A stretch of DNA of 63,792 nucleotides, counting the filler, from Basidiobolus ranarum (lineage: Eukaryota), in assembly GCA_040143965.1 (NCBI GenBank). It is 2 parts of 2 records of this genome, joined end to end, with 100 filler letters (N's around TTAATTAATTAA, not from the genome) between each part and the next. Parts side by side here need not be neighbours in the genome. Positions count along the whole stretch, not along the records: positions 1 to 31,871 come from JASJQH010000086.1; 1 more part is not named here. The stretch is one strand, 5' to 3'. Below the pieces are notes generated by a model. The model was not told the origin of the DNA. It worked only from the letters and a program-made list of their open reading frames with translations, and searched no databases. Of this stretch, positions 12,774-27,424 are shown piece after piece. Made by a program: the position numbers and the translations under genes. Positions within the stretch are counted from its first letter, which is position 1; each line of letters opens with the position of its first letter.

Positions 12774-13954
12774 ATGGAGGAACTTCCACCTATGTGCGTC
12801 CCTTCTCACGATAGGTTTGAATTTGCCATTTCCGTTTTTTTGGCAGTTGGAATGCTGGCTTCATATCTTCCTCAGGTATTAGCTAGAGCTATTGCTTTCA
12901 ACAATATTTTGGATAAGAATTTAACGCTTTTCTAAGCACTTCAAAATCCTCGCTAGTAAATCAAGTGAAGGATTTAGTCCATGGTTTTTATTATTGGGTT
13001 CCGTTTCCTGCGCATCTAGCTTTTTAAACGTTCTAGTATTACAATTTCCAATTCTATCTTGTTGCAGATTTTTGGTGAGTTTGTCTTCTGAAACTTTTAC
13101 CTCTAACAATCCATTTACTAACATCTTCTTGTACAGTCTTCTGGCGATTGTTTCGAAAATATTCTTGGAATTATTCAAGTGGGGATTCAATGGGCCATGT
13201 TTGCAATAATGTAATTATTCATTTATTTAGTGATAAATGTTGTTAGCAAGTTTCGACACTCTTTCTAACCTTGAAAATGTTCTTTAGCTTGATCTTGTAC
13301 ATGATATATTTTCCTTCACATAAAAAAACAACCACTACAATTGATAACAACCAGCTCACTATCGTAGGGCAAGCACCTGACTGGAGGCATTCTATACTTG
13401 TTGCTTTCCTTGTCTGTGCCCACTTTACCCTTTCCCTTGGAGTAAGTATGTGGATATTGGGCTCTTACGGAGCCATGTCAAAGCAGGCTCATCTTTGGGC
13501 CGGTTTCCTTGGTTTACTAAGCACTACAATGGCTACTTTGCAATATATTCCCCAAATCCATCGTACATGGAGGTTGAAGGTAATATTAATATTGCATATG
13601 CTCATATTCTTTACATATTTTGTGACATGTCAAAATTCTATTGCGATTACGTAGGCGGTAGGAGCCCTTAGTATTCCCATGATGCTGATGCAAACACCAG
13701 GAGCATTTCTGTTTGCTTATTCTATCTATCTGAGGCCTGGAACTAACTGGACGTCGTGGATGACATTCTTGGCGAGTGGTACTTTGCAAGGAAGTTTATT
13801 GATCATGTGTCTAATTTGGGCTTCTCGTAAAGATGAGAGGATCATGGTTGGAACAACGCTGGTTCATAACCCATTAGATATCAAAACTGAGCGAACCGCC
13901 TTGCTTGGTAATCAGCTAATCATACCTACCAACGGGGAATCGTCTTACATGTAG
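12774..13954 (+). CDS. PQ-loop repeat membrane protein
   Basis: Two PQ motifs (SYLPQ|HFKI..KSSEGFSPWFLLLG; LQYIPQIHRTW..GALSIPMMLMQTPG); 4 introns. Confidence 0.88.
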
Positions 13955-15038
13955 TCGTAAATGCTATTACCCTACCGCAGTAATCCAGCCATCATTTCCA
14001 AGTTGAACGAAATATTCCAATTCCAAGCCATGATTGTTTCAATTGTAACATTGATGGATTATCAGTGATCAGTAAATTGTTTGGATCCATTAAGGAAGAT
14101 ACACTCTAGCCTTTGTTCAGAATAGCTAAATCCTTTTACATGGTTATAAAATTAAAGTATAAAATCAGGGAGTCACGCTTGCATGAAAGTAACCAAGTGA
14201 TCTAATCAGTAGAGAAGAAAGCAATACAATGCTCGGCATTCTATAGGGCACTCATCCATGAAGTATGCCGAAGAGTACTTTGACCGGTATAGAGATGTCT
14301 TGAACATCTGAGACCTGCACCATGATGTTACTCTGCGTATCTGTCATACTTTCACACAAGAGTCTCCTGCTTTGATCACTCTCCATGTGACCCACATGTG
14401 ACCCCAGCAAATCATACGTTCACATTATCATGAAGCCAAGATCCTGCGACCAAGTCATACTTGGACTGGCAATTTTAATAAGATATGGTTCGATAATCGT
14501 GATTTAGTAGTTGCAATCGCAGGTACATTATTCCAGGTGTTTAGTAGTAATACTCAATATTCTTCTCTGACTCCCCACTTTCGATTGTTGTTACGTGTAT
14601 TGCTCATAACCCTTGCAAGATGGCACTTTTAATCAATGATTGTAAGTATATCAAGAAAGGAGCTAGACTGTTTCTAGGGGACATTGTTGAATCCTAATTT
14701 TCCACACTCCACCTGATTGTGGCTACTTGGATTTTATAATCGTCGAATATTTGCCAAAGTAAATTCCATGTACTCACAGCATATGAATCCTAAGGTACCT
14801 TCGAATAAATTATTAATGTGTCATCCCAATTGAGAAATATATACCTCTGTTCGTGTTCATTTGCCTTGGTCAGTATCTCTAAATGCAGGGTCTTCTTGGT
14901 ATATATTGGATGATGTATATTCCTGCGGCATAGGTGATACTTGGCGCAAGATGTCTTTTCAACTCATTTATAACTACATATTTATTGAATGATAATAATG
15001 AGCAAAGGAAATTTTTAACACGAAGATTGTTTCAAAAT

Positions 15039-16232
15039 TTAAGCCAAATTTTGTAAGCTATTGGCGAGAGATAGTTGAGCGCGAGTCATATTAGTAAGGT
15101 ACACAACCATAAGTAGGTCCTGTAAATGACTGTTGAAAAGTTTCTCGAAAGAAGAAGGATCAATCTTAGGAACAGTCGAAATGGTATCCATTAAGAATCG
15201 GCCAATCGTGTTATTAGCTGGAGTTTTGCCCTCCTATTAATTGTGAAACAAAGTCAGTATGATTTCTTCTTTTAATCGAGGGTAAATTACTATACTGACC
15301 AAAACACTGTCAACATAGGTGACAACACGTTCCAACATCTCTTGAAGTTTGATGATGGCATTTTCAAGGCTATCCATGTCAGATAGAATGGAGGTGACAC
15401 TCTTTGGTGATTCTTTGGTGACAGAAAGGACCTCGACTTTTAAGTACATTAGAATATATATATCATTGACATAATGGATAAAAAAGAAACTTACGTCCAC
15501 TTTTTTCCGAAGCATCATATTTGATTTCACAGGGAATAGGAAGGAACATACAGTTCTCTGCCTTGGAGTCGATGCCAATAGGGGAACTGAATATGATATT
15601 TTAGTAAACTTCATATTATAATAATTACTAATTGCTAAATAGTACCTTGTAAACGCTTGAATACCCAACTTGTCGTTAGTAAGATTTGTATCCATGGTCA
15701 AATGAACAGCCTGGAATGGTTCGACTTCACGAGAATAGAAGTCTTGAATCAAAGCAGAGTAACTATTAAGAGAACCGCCAGTAGCATACCTAATAAAACG
15801 TTGACTCTTTTAGACTAATGATAGCATTCATAATAATAGATTAGACATCCATACCAGCCAACAATGACTTCTTTAGGGTTTACACGTTGATGAAGTTCAT
15901 ACATGCTTCTGTGATATTCCATATCAACAGCAACCTTCAAAAAAATATACATTCAGTATATAGTCAAATTAAACAGACTCTGCACCAGTTACCTGATCTT
16001 GTGTTTCATCGTGGGGAACGGGGAAACAATTTTTTATTTGGATTTCACTACCATCTTCACTTCTAACACCCAATAAAGTCCCAATTACACGATCTTGGTT
16101 CTCGTTGCGTCGGAGATAATGGTCGAGAATAGAGAAGAAAACGATTGGGTTAACAGTGACCGAGACAGAAGAAGAAGTTTTGCCATTACTGGAAGGGAAA
16201 TGAAGAGAGGAAGCTTGAGTATTGAAGCCCAT
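15039..16232 (-). CDS. EIF3F: eukaryotic translation initiation factor 3 subunit F
   Basis: MPN domain [31 protein letters not shown]-terminal [22 protein letters not shown]; 5 introns. Confidence 0.92.
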
Positions 16233-18164
16233 ATTTTCTATTGTATTCCTTAAAGGAGGACGAAACTGTTTCAAAAGCGTTTTACCGAACTTGGCACTCG
16301 CTTAGAAGAGTGGAAAAGAAAATGAGTATAAAAGTACAATTAGATTTTGTCGGCGATCAAGAATGATTAATGAAAAAAAATTCCATATATGCACTTGGTT
16401 TGGATGAGTATTTAATTCTATTTAAGATTCAGCATTGAACACGACCAGACAATTGCGATTGTAATCGTCAAAACGAAAGAATCCAACGACTCGGATAGGC
16501 TGTGGACCTTCAATTAGCAGGATGATTTCAAAACCATTTCAATTTGAATTGGGTTGTAGCTGAGTATAGGAAAGTGTATCTGAAGGATGGAATTAGCACA
16601 AAGATTTTCACCAAGCTACTGCACTAGTATGTGTTATTGAGTATCTTTGACTGTGCATTGTGGGATAGGGGATCCTGCAATACTAAGTTTTTGGAAAAGT
16701 AACTACTTCGTCCACATTCTTGATATCTTCATCATATATTGGCTCTGGTGCTCAAGTGCAGATATATGAACCAAGATGGGTTTGTTGGATGTAACGTCGA
16801 CTGGCTGTGTTGTGCTATTGTCTTCAAGAGCCTGTCCATTAGATTTGCAAATAAGTAACGAACATAAGGTAGGGTCAGCGTCTTGCATCTTTGCTATCAA
16901 ATCACCAGTGATATTCTCGATGCTTGGCATATTGTTATTGTGGTGTACCTTGTTAGACAGGCGAAATCATGCTTCATTTACAAACCATCTGTTAATTTTG
17001 ATCAAGGATACTATCTAGATTCCACGAAGCAGCTGTTTACTGAATTTCAGATTTGTGACAAATACATTAGGACCTGGGACATTCTGGATCTATGGGGGTT
17101 TGCATACGATTTACATGCAGTTTAAGCCTTGGTATAGCAACTGGTCAAGGATAATGCAATCGAATATTAAAGGAATCGGTCCGGAAATTGGGGTTTTTCA
17201 AATGTATTTACATGTTCAATAAACCTTAATGATGTTTGAATCTAAACATTTAATCAATTAGCATTCGTTCTAGGTACGATTTATTCGACACCTTCATCCT
17301 ACAGCTGACTCTAACTCCGTTACTCCTTGAATGAAAGTTTATTTCGCTACACAAACATGATTCAGCTTCAAGCCTATCGCAGTGCTTCCCTACATTACGA
17401 TGTCCTTGAAGGATTTTCATGATACATTGATGCTCTATCCACACCAAAACCTCATGGTGTGGCAATCTTCTAGATAAATCAAGAAATATCGAGGAATTTC
17501 AGAACCTCGTACATTTTCACTGTGCTAAGTCATATTATTTGACGGGAATTACTAACAATCTTGAGTGATTTTCGTCAGGAGAGATCGTGCAAGAGATTGA
17601 GCATATCCCATTGCTAGGGAATGGTGTTGAAGAGGAAAGAACATCAAGATTTCTCTAAGAAAATGGATGCAAACTATGTCTTGGTTAAAAATAGTCACTT
17701 GCATCATAAGAAAATACTCCTGAAGTGTAGAGATATTTTGCTGCTTCTGCACACGGTAGTAACCACGAAAAAGGAGTATTTGAGCAGGGGGATCAACCTA
17801 ATTTAAAAGCAAATAAACAATCTTTCGAAGGCTGCAGGTAGGGTTGGTGGATATCTGGAGTGAATTTCCTTGCGTCTTCTCATAGGTTAAACCGACGCTA
17901 AATCCGTTAGAAATGACCTCAACACTCAAAGATATACGATTCATCTTACTACAACCTGAACATCAATTTAACTCAAACATCACAAGCTAAGAAATAGGGG
18001 AGTGACTAATAAAGAATGGAGATGGTAGAGCACCGCTCTTCTCTTCTCTATCAGTCATCCAAACCTTATAAATAGTGAGCAGTCTTCTCCATCCAATTCC
18101 AGAGACACATTATCGAATAATCTCCAACACTTCTTAGGAATCGACATCACATATAGCTGCTCTA

Positions 18165-19466
18165 ATGTTCCATAAGAGGTTGATTTGGTTATTTTTCGCT
18201 CTGGTATTGCTCGGCGCAACTTTAAAGAGAGTAAGTGGACAGGCATGCGGGTCAATCTCTGTCCGACGAGAAATTCGTCAACTAAGTCAAAGTGAGCGTG
18301 AAGAGTTTTTTAACGCCCTGAAAGCACTACATAATCAAAGTCAACCGATTAGCGCGTATGATGCTCTTTCACAGATTCACTCGACCTATGCTCACGAAAT
18401 TCATAGTGGCTCCGCTTTTTGTCCTTGGCATCGGCAATTCCTTCGCGAGTTAGAAAAGAAACTTCAGCAAATAAACCCTAAAGTGACGCTGCCATACTGG
18501 GTAAATATTAGCAACATTTATTCCTCTTTCCACTAGATCACTTACAAATTCAATTTATCAGGATTGGACTATTGATTCCCAAGCCCCTCATCAGAGTGAA
18601 ATATTCAAGAAAGAATATTTGGGTGGAAATGGAGGTGCCCGAGGCTGCGTGTCAGATGGACCTTTTGCGGGGTGGAAAATGAGGTATCCAAAACCTCACT
18701 GTTTGTCTAGGAATTTCAACCACAAGAACACAATAGGCTCCTTTTACTCCAGCGAAGTCATTAATAATATTGCGAATAACTCTCGGAATTATGCAGACTT
18801 TCGAGGTCAATTGGAAAGTCCCATTCATGGCGTTGTTCATATGGGCATAGGAGGAGATATGACGGTCATGACGAGCCCCAACGAGTAAGTAGTACAAATA
18901 TATATCTACGTGTGTAACTGTAGTGACCTGATTTGCGATTTAGCCCTTTGTTCTGGTTACATCATGCTTTTATTGACAAAATATGGGCGGATTGGCAGGC
19001 AACTAATCCAGGTAGAGCCCGAGAATATAACGGAAAACGGACTAAGGGAGGAAATGCCCTTCCCACAGATATCATGAATCCATTCAACGTTCCAGTATCA
19101 GCGCTTTTGGATACCACCGCATCGGGACTTTGTTATCGTTATAGTAATTCACTACCAACAAAACGTCGCCGAGGAATACCTTTGGTGAATCCTACAGACA
19201 TATTAACCGAAGGTATAGAAGCAACTAAGCTCCACGTACCTGATAAGCTTGACCAGCAGTGGATTCAACTTAATGGAGGCACACTGGAAGAAACTCGCTC
19301 CAGAGAACAACAGTTTGAGGGAATTATTCAGAAATTGAACCAGTTAAAGGATTACATCTCACCAAATGCTCGTTCAAGACGTGACGAAACCTTAGTTAGA
19401 CTAATTCGTGGAACATTAGGCTCTCTCTTTACTAGAGTATCCACTCCCAGATCGATAGGGCTTTAA
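18165..19466 (+). CDS. secreted tyrosinase (di-copper centre)
   Basis: Signal peptide, CuA (H..H...FCPWHR), LPYWDW across an intron, CuB (HGVVH...SPNDPLFWLHHAFID); 2 introns. Confidence 0.92.
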
Positions 19467-19826
19467 GTACCCTTGGAATGTAATAGTATGTACCAACCAT
19501 GCTCCTATTCATAATGCACTTGCTTTGATCCTCAAATTTCATTAAATTGTTTAGTGAATATTTTGTTGAGTTTTCATAGTTCTTGTGTTTCCCGTGGCAT
19601 TCTCAAGATTTGTCCACATTTGATGTACAACAAATTAATCTTCATCAGACACTTCAATTTCATCAATTTCTCTTTGTAATAAATATGGTCAATCTATAGC
19701 CACAGTAGTAATAATGCTTACCAGCTATTACAGGGAGTCCTCTAATACAGGGGAATTGCAACTTTGTTATGATAGCTTTAATACAGAGTTCAGCTATCCC
19801 TTGTGACATTTTACAACGACAATAAA

Positions 19827-20862
19827 ATGGAGGTAGGGGATATAAAGAAACCCATACCTAATACCGTAGAAGGTTTAAGGGAACTTTTAGCCGAGTTAAA
19901 CTTGGACACAAAAGGGCAGAAGAAAATACTGAAGGAAAAATTGAGAAAACACATGAGAAAAGCTACTACTGAGAAAAAAGTAGCGGAAAGTCAACAATCT
20001 GACTCGTTGAAAGAAATTAAAAAGAAAAGGTAAGAGCTAGATTTAACAGAAATTGGTACATATTTTATGTAATTCTGACATTTTCACAGACTTCAACCCT
20101 TTGATTACTACCTATGCTTTGATGTAGAGGCTACTTGCGAGGAAGGGGTGAACTTTGACTTTTTGAACGAAATTATCGAGTTCCCTATAATTCTTGTAGA
20201 TTCGAACTTCGAAATAGTGAGTTCATTTTAAGGAATTTCTATTAAAATCGTAACTAAAGATTATTACTCAGGTAGATACATTCCATCGCTATGTTAAGCC
20301 TTCAAAAAATCCCACTTTGTCAGAGTTTTGTACTAAATTGACAGGAATCACTCAGGTACGAATTGTGACTTTATACGTTTCATTATATTTAGTGGTAGCA
20401 ATCATATTTTGATGGCTATTTCAATGTACTAAAAGATAATTTCGTAACTAGGAAACCATCGACAAAAGTGCAAGCTTTGGTGAAGTACTCTTGGAATTTG
20501 AAGTTTGGCTAAATCAACATTCTCTCTTTAAAGAAAACTCTAGTGTCTTCATTACCGATGGACCGTTCGATATTCGAGATTTCATCGAAAAGCAATGTGA
20601 TCATTCGCATATCATTAGACCCAAGTATTTCACCAGACCCTGGATAGATATACGTAAATTATTTGGTAAATTCTACAAATGCGAGAAACGCAACATCAAT
20701 GGTATGTTGGCCAAACTGGATCTAACATTCGAAGGAAGGGAGCACTCAGGAATAGATGATGCCAAAAATATTGCAAAAATTGCCAAACGCATGCATGAAG
20801 AAGGTTGCATACTTGATACGAACTGTGTATTGATGACACCGCCTTACAAACTTCGAAAATAA
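19827..20862 (+). CDS. ERI1: ERI1-like 3'-5' exoribonuclease (SAP + DEDDh)
   Basis: SAP-like LRELLAELNLDTKGQKKILKEKL; FDVEATCE, EIIEFP, TDGPFD and FEGREHSGIDDAKN motifs; 3 introns. Confidence 0.88.
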
Positions 20863-21539
20863 AATACTGGCAACAAAACCGATCCAAATTGCTATGCTCC
20901 CAACGGCCATATGATGCCAGCACATTTCCCATACCTATAGAAAAACTCTGGGTTTCGCCCTCTCAACGAGGTGTTACGGAGTGATATTCACTTTTGAGCA
21001 AGCAAATCAGCTGTATATGCTCCGAAGTGCTATTTATAATCTCGCAAAGAGGATCGTAATTGGTTGAGAGAGGATAGTTGCGTATGGGTGATGTGGAGAG
21101 TAACCGTAGATAGTTACAAACTGGTGTAAAGTTCAATATAGGGCAGACTAAAGTACAGATTGGGCTAAGATTAGAATTGCACTTCAGATTGCCATAGAGA
21201 TCATTTTATTTGCCGCTCGTCAGACAGCACATCCATGGATAGCTCAAAATATATAGCACTATGGATACAAATTGGGTAAGCGATGTAACAGGATCAAACA
21301 GCCTACATTAAATAATCTTCAATATAACGATGCACTTTATTCATAACACGATTGAGACAAACTGGATATTTTTGATGTAGATGCGCAGCATTAAGTGAGA
21401 ATTAGGTGATTTTTTCGTAGGTGTAGTTCATACAATGTGTAGTGTACAAAATAGAAATTCCTCAAGCATAGACATGAGCACATATCAACATAATAAATAA
21501 CAAAGGTATGTATACTTTGTGAACTGTATCTGCCCCCGT

Positions 21540-24317
21540 CTAAGCATACTCTAAACCGACCAAATACTCAGCGCCCCACGGCATCCTCCAACCACGTACC
21601 CCAACCTTTTTGTAGAGAATACGAGGGATACCAATGTCTGCTAAGAAAATCTCCCCAGTCATGTTACGGTTCTTCAAACCAAAACGAGGAGCACCTAAGC
21701 AGAGTGTCCACTTGGGGTGAATGACGTTGTCATTATTAGGTTGGCCTAAAAAGCGTTACACTTCAATTCAATATTTCTTCAATGGTATATAATAAATATA
21801 TATTCGAGGCTACCTTTAAACCCACTTGGCATATCAAGAGAAAGGACTGGTGCTTTGTTATCGTTAGCCCAGTCAATCAGATCACCGATGAAAGCTAGGT
21901 CATAATCAAGATCGGAATCCCTGGCAGAGGGTTGGTATCCGAGCAGAGCGTCCATAATCAAGTCCACAGGTGTGGTGTAAGGTTCGGGAAGCTCTAGAGA
22001 TGTAAAGTAAGATGTTAGCTTGAAATGGCTCACTAACACTATGCAAAACTAACAACCTACCTGCAGCACTTCTAACAATCTTGCCACCAGTAGCCCGGAG
22101 ATACTTGGACTGAGTAGTTATACCTTTGAGAACTTCTCTTTCTTTACCAGTCACACAAACGATGACTTCACACCCATGGTTGGCCAAATGTCTAGCGGCA
22201 CTAAGACCAAAAATCCCAGTTTTAGTATTGCCAGCCAATACAACAACCAATGGAGCATCGTTGTGATTGTTGGGTTGAATACGACGAGATCCACCTAAAT
22301 CCCAAAACGAAATTAAACACAGAGTCGCCTTGAATCAGCAAAAGCTCACCAACCTAATGCTTTCAGACACATAATGGCAGCGCTTCGACCGGAATTTTCG
22401 ATAATTTGCTCCTCAGATGGCCCGGTTTCTGTTACTACAATGAGTGGTATAAGTATCTTTTACTCCAAATGAATGAACTACTCCAGAATACGTACTAGCG
22501 ATTTTCTCTATTTCGCCCATTTGCGCCCTCGTAACAAAAGGGCAAGTAATTCCGGTAAGTGTGCGAATGATAACCTCCGGCTCTTGCTTTTTTTTCCAAT
22601 TTTCTAAGTCCGACTCCTCGTTTGCCGTGTCATTATCTTCTTCGTCCAACTCATCCTCCTCTTCGTAATATCTCTGTTTTCTGGAGTCTTCCAAGACATT
22701 TTCCAACGGTCCATAATTCTTGAGTGAGGAACGAGTAGGCTTGTACCCAGTATTCCGGTTGATGTTGACAAGCAGACCATCTGGATCTGTTGAATCCAAC
22801 TCCTATTCAGAAACTTGATGAGTTTTTAACAAGCAGCAGTAATTAAATGATCCACATACTTTAATTTCAGCAAACACCTTCTTCTTGTCAAATAATCCCA
22901 GATTATGTTCAAAGTCGAATTCCTCTCTCCTGTAATCATTCACGTTACCAGCTGCCCATGTGTTGGTACTTCTACCAGGAGAGTGGGGATATCTATGAAT
23001 TTGGGATCCTCAATATGAGAGTTAATGACAGGGAACAGATGTGATGTAAGATGGCAAGATTGATATTTACCTGGACTCGGTGATGGTCTCAACTTATTTC
23101 CTTTAGGTCTGGATCTTCTATTTGTATTCACAGATTGAACTATGTGAGGTTGATCGGAGTCTAAACCATCCAAGTCATTAATCGTTCGGTCTTCAGTATC
23201 TGAACACAGGTTTTTATAATCCAAACAAATGTCCACAACATCATGGACTGAAAGCTCAATCGATGGTGGTGGAATAAAAGCGGATGTCGTAGATCCCTGT
23301 AAGAAGCTTTATGGATGAGAAATCACTCTGAAATTTGAAAATACAAAAAACTCCTGTACCGAGTAACCAGTCGTATTTGGGCTTGGGCTAAACAATAGTC
23401 TAAAGGATTAGCTACCACCACACAATACAAAAAAGTCCAGAGAATCTCACCCGTGGGATGCTTTGTAGGTTCCTTGGCGGTAGGATGCGGTTATGTGAGT
23501 CTTGGTGGGTTGAGAATACTTCAAATAGACATCAGCTCAATTTCGAGGCAAATAGGAAAATCAAGACTAGACACTCACTGATACAATGGCTGGATCTACA
23601 TGAGGCGCTTTTCGTTGAGTTGGTAAATTAGAAATATACTCCCTCGATACACTAGGATATGGAGGCGAACTAGGAGCTGGTTTTGGATATTTAACTGGTT
23701 GTGCAACCTCTTGTTTGTAACTTGTAAAACCATGGGATATTCGTTGTTGTTGATGCTCCTGAGACCTATGGAGCGGCTCTTGAGAGAGTGAATCGTGAGG
23801 TAGAATGGGCTGTGGTGAAATTCGGTTTGTGAAATTCATGGGAAGAGGAAAGATTGTCGGAGAAGCTGCGTTAGGTATTTGGGGCGGGTATTGCAATCCG
23901 CTTGATGGAGGAAAATCAGGGATACGTGTGGGCTGCACTTTTTGGGTTATATTGGCTAGATTTTTGTTTGGTATTTTCTTTTGAGGAAGGAATGTTTGCA
24001 TTGAAGGTTGCGGTTGAAATTGAAGCCGAGGTGGAGGAGATTGAACCTCAGAAGGGATGATTTGTAGATCTTGAATGGCTGATCCAGTAACTCCCATTGT
24101 TGGTAAATGTTGCTGAATTCCATTAGACGAAGATAGAACTTTGAATATTAAAGCATTAATAAAGCTAGTTTTTACATAGGGCACAAAGTCATTAATTAAT
24201 ACCATTTGTTAAAACTAGATGTTGAGTTTGTTGATCAATGCTGGAAACTAGGCCTTCCAAGTTTAGACCATTGGTCAAATTAATCCGTACTCTTAAACCT
24301 ATGAAAGCTTCAGTCAT
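21540..24317 (-). CDS. EDC3: enhancer of mRNA decapping 3 (LSm-FDF-YjeF_N)
   Basis: N-terminal LSm (FIGLRVRINLTNG..EGLVSSID), EEFDFEHNLGLFDKKKVFAEI, and YjeF_N (IENSGRSA; VVVLAGN..G..G..AARHLANHG; DLIMDALLG; SLDMPSG). Multi-exon. Confidence 0.9.
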
Positions 24318-27146
24318 TTTTAGTTTGAGTGTTTAAACTACAGAGGAGTCAAGACGTAAACAGCCTCTACAAAGTGATAGTATGGCTATTTACGACGTCC
24401 TCAAGCCTCGTAATTCCCGAGCGGCTATTGGTCACCTACTACCATCAATGTAAAGATTGAATCTATTTCTGAATAACTAGCATTATTACTTTAGCCTAAT
24501 GAAAGTCCAATCAGACTGCTCTAAAGCGGCGTTCACATGATAGATATTATTGTTAACATTATTTATAAGTTGCGGCATTGTAAGTATAACTGGAATAGGT
24601 TTGACTGAGCCATATGCGAGATCAGTATTAATAAGTGATATTAGACGTAGTCCATTTGGGCAGGAGACATCTTGATTCCAGTATATTTATTTATGCCACT
24701 GTGATTCTTGGCCCTTCAAGAGTTTGCATGGCGACTATTTCTTATGATCCTGCGTGGACTTACCAAGCCTCATTGACGAGTTTACATGGTCGGTTGCCAC
24801 TTGGAGTTTACTCAGTATTTCCAATAATTATAAATGATTGAATTCCAAAATAGAATACTCAAGTTAGCTATTGAGAGAAGCCAGTCCTATGTATCTCCAA
24901 CAACAGATCTATTGGTTACTAATTACGGTAGTATCTAATTTGTTGATGCATCAGATATGTATTAATTAGAAATGCAATTAGGCCTAGAATTACCAACATC
25001 TTTACTCCACTTCAATGCCTGCTTACTGGAAGATGGGTTGGTTGGCATTCACGAAGTTACTGAAATCGACAGGTCTGGCTTCAAAGTTTTTTAGTAGATC
25101 GCCTCGGAACAACAGTAAATAGCCTCCACTGCCAATTGGCCCTTACTGACTCACCAACAACAAATTACTTGGCTAAAACAAAGACTGGGGCCATTGAGAA
25201 GACCATAGGTGAATACGCTATACTCGGAGTGAACTGTTATAAAGTTTTTATTACAAATTCTTAGGTGGATCCTATCTTTGATGAGCAAGAGTCCAAACTT
25301 AAAAATCAAACATCGTGGATTAAGTTAATCTCAACTTCGATTCATAATTAGAGTTTAAAGCTCAAGACATCCACAACTGAACCAAGACTATATTGATTCC
25401 ACAAGAAGGGCAATGCAGGGTGTTCACATTGATTACGGCAGGGTGCAATAATTCTTGATATTATTGAACCTACCTAGATTTGGTTGTAGGTCAGGTAAAA
25501 GTTATACGCCCCTATAATCCATTCTATGGTGAAGGTGGAGAGTTCAATGTGACTGTCAGTATATGTGAGTGATTTTTCATTTGGAAGAGAGCTGTAAAGC
25601 TGGACTGGTGGGCTAAATCTATATCTTCTGCACTAGATTGTCCTACCAAAAATCGGCAATGCTCAGGGTTGTGAGTATTGCTGGACCCTGTGGATCGTTA
25701 TCAAGAATATTTTCTTAGAATCGACAAAACAATACATAAACGTGACTGTAAACTATCGGATCATGATGGCCCCCGGGCTCAAGTGCGGGAAACGCTAGAG
25801 GGAGGTGATTCGGAAAAGTGATATTTTTACACTAAAGTTTGAAGATTCCTATCACTCAATCGACAGCCTTTACATTTAGATAGAAGTCTCAGCAAAAAAG
25901 CATAAGAAATTTATAAAGCCATAACTGGTAGTAATATTCAAATTAGCGGATTTATGTATAGCTGCATTGAACTCGCTGTTTAACGCGCTTGTACAGTTGT
26001 AGTTGAAATATGCTGGTGTTTCTCCGAAAAAGCCTAGGGCTAGATTTCAAGTCCGACGCGATACTAGTTCAAGTAGAAGCCAAAATTGAGGATATCTTGA
26101 CTCGATAGCTAGGTGGATTGTTCAACTTTGGGCTTTGTTTCTAGTAAGTCAAACAACATTTGTCTTGCCTTAAGTTATAAGAAAATTAAAACGCATCCAG
26201 CTATATCGGAATATTAACTTGATCAACGTTTCACCAAGTCAACATGTAGACAATATTACTGTTGCTTATTATGAATTGCCGACCATCGAAGAATAACATG
26301 CTTCTTGAGTGCAGTTATTCCACTGATTAGGAAAAAGACACCAGCAAATAAGGCGATTCAATATATGATTTTCAGGAATTAAACGATTAAGATTGGCAAA
26401 CCCAAACTTGATGAAACAATAAATTTAATACGATGCAGCTTCGTCTAGCAAGTTTCTACGATCAGTCAGAGATGTATTTGCAAAAAGCTGCCATACGCTA
26501 TTCTCTATTTTTTCATGTATGCGTTTTGCTTGGTAGCCAAGAGTAATATCTTTAGAGTATACGAAGCCTAGTCGAGCCTGCTCTCATTCGAGATATATAA
26601 GGAACCAATGAAGTAGTGACTCCTTGGATTAAAATTAGACAATCATAGAAAAGTATTCGCCAATTTAAACGAGATAGATTAGTTAAAAAAGTTGGTTCTG
26701 TTTAATTCGCTTTATGATAATGTAACGCATATTTCTACCAAACGTAAATTCCTCAATATATACGTCTAGTTTTACTGTTGACTTTCGTCTGAATGCTTTT
26801 CCATGATTGTCTAATTATTTTTTTGCAATCGTCTAATTTTAGGTTAAAGCCCTGTAAATAGAAGCCAGCAGTTAGGTTAGATTACCATGGTCAAAAAGTT
26901 TATTTCAGATCAGATTTGATTAAATTCTGGTAGCTCTAATCGCCAGACATCTCAATAATAATACATCGTGCTCGCTCCCCCAAGGATATTTTCACCCCAT
27001 AATGATTAGTCAATCTCATCATCTGGGGCCCCTCAAAATTTAAAATTCCCTCGTTCATAATGTTAGATGATATTCGAGTAAAAGTCATCTTTCTCCTGAG
27101 AAACGAAGCCTTTACTTAGAATCTTCTCTAACTAATAAGTACTAAA

Positions 27147-27424
27147 ATGTCAGGTGCTAATACTTCTGGTAACTGGGGCGCTTTTAAAGCCCCTCAAGCA
27201 GGACGTTTCCATAGATATACTGCTAAACTTCTCGGCGCAACTATGTGGTTCTTTATGATGTATCGTGCTAAACAAGACGGTCTCGTTACTTTGGTAGGCT
27301 CCATTCAAGTATATAATCAACGCTTATTATTACTAACCCATTGCCCATTTATTCTTCATAGCGCTTACAACATCCTTGGGATGCTCATGGCCATGGTCAT
27401 GCCGACCATAAGGAGCACCATTAA
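27147..27424 (+). CDS. NDUFB2: NADH dehydrogenase (complex I) subunit NDUFB2/AGGG
   Basis: AKLLGATMWFFMMYRAKQDG, one intron, then QHPWDAHGHGH...; typical of the fungal subunit. Confidence 0.8.

Noticed and set aside
16400-17900. Short ORFs between eIF3f and tyrosinase
   Set aside because: No identifiable homology in any frame inspected.
24500-26500. Possible retroelement or pseudogene relic
   Set aside because: No RT, integrase or transposase motifs found; frames are riddled with stops.
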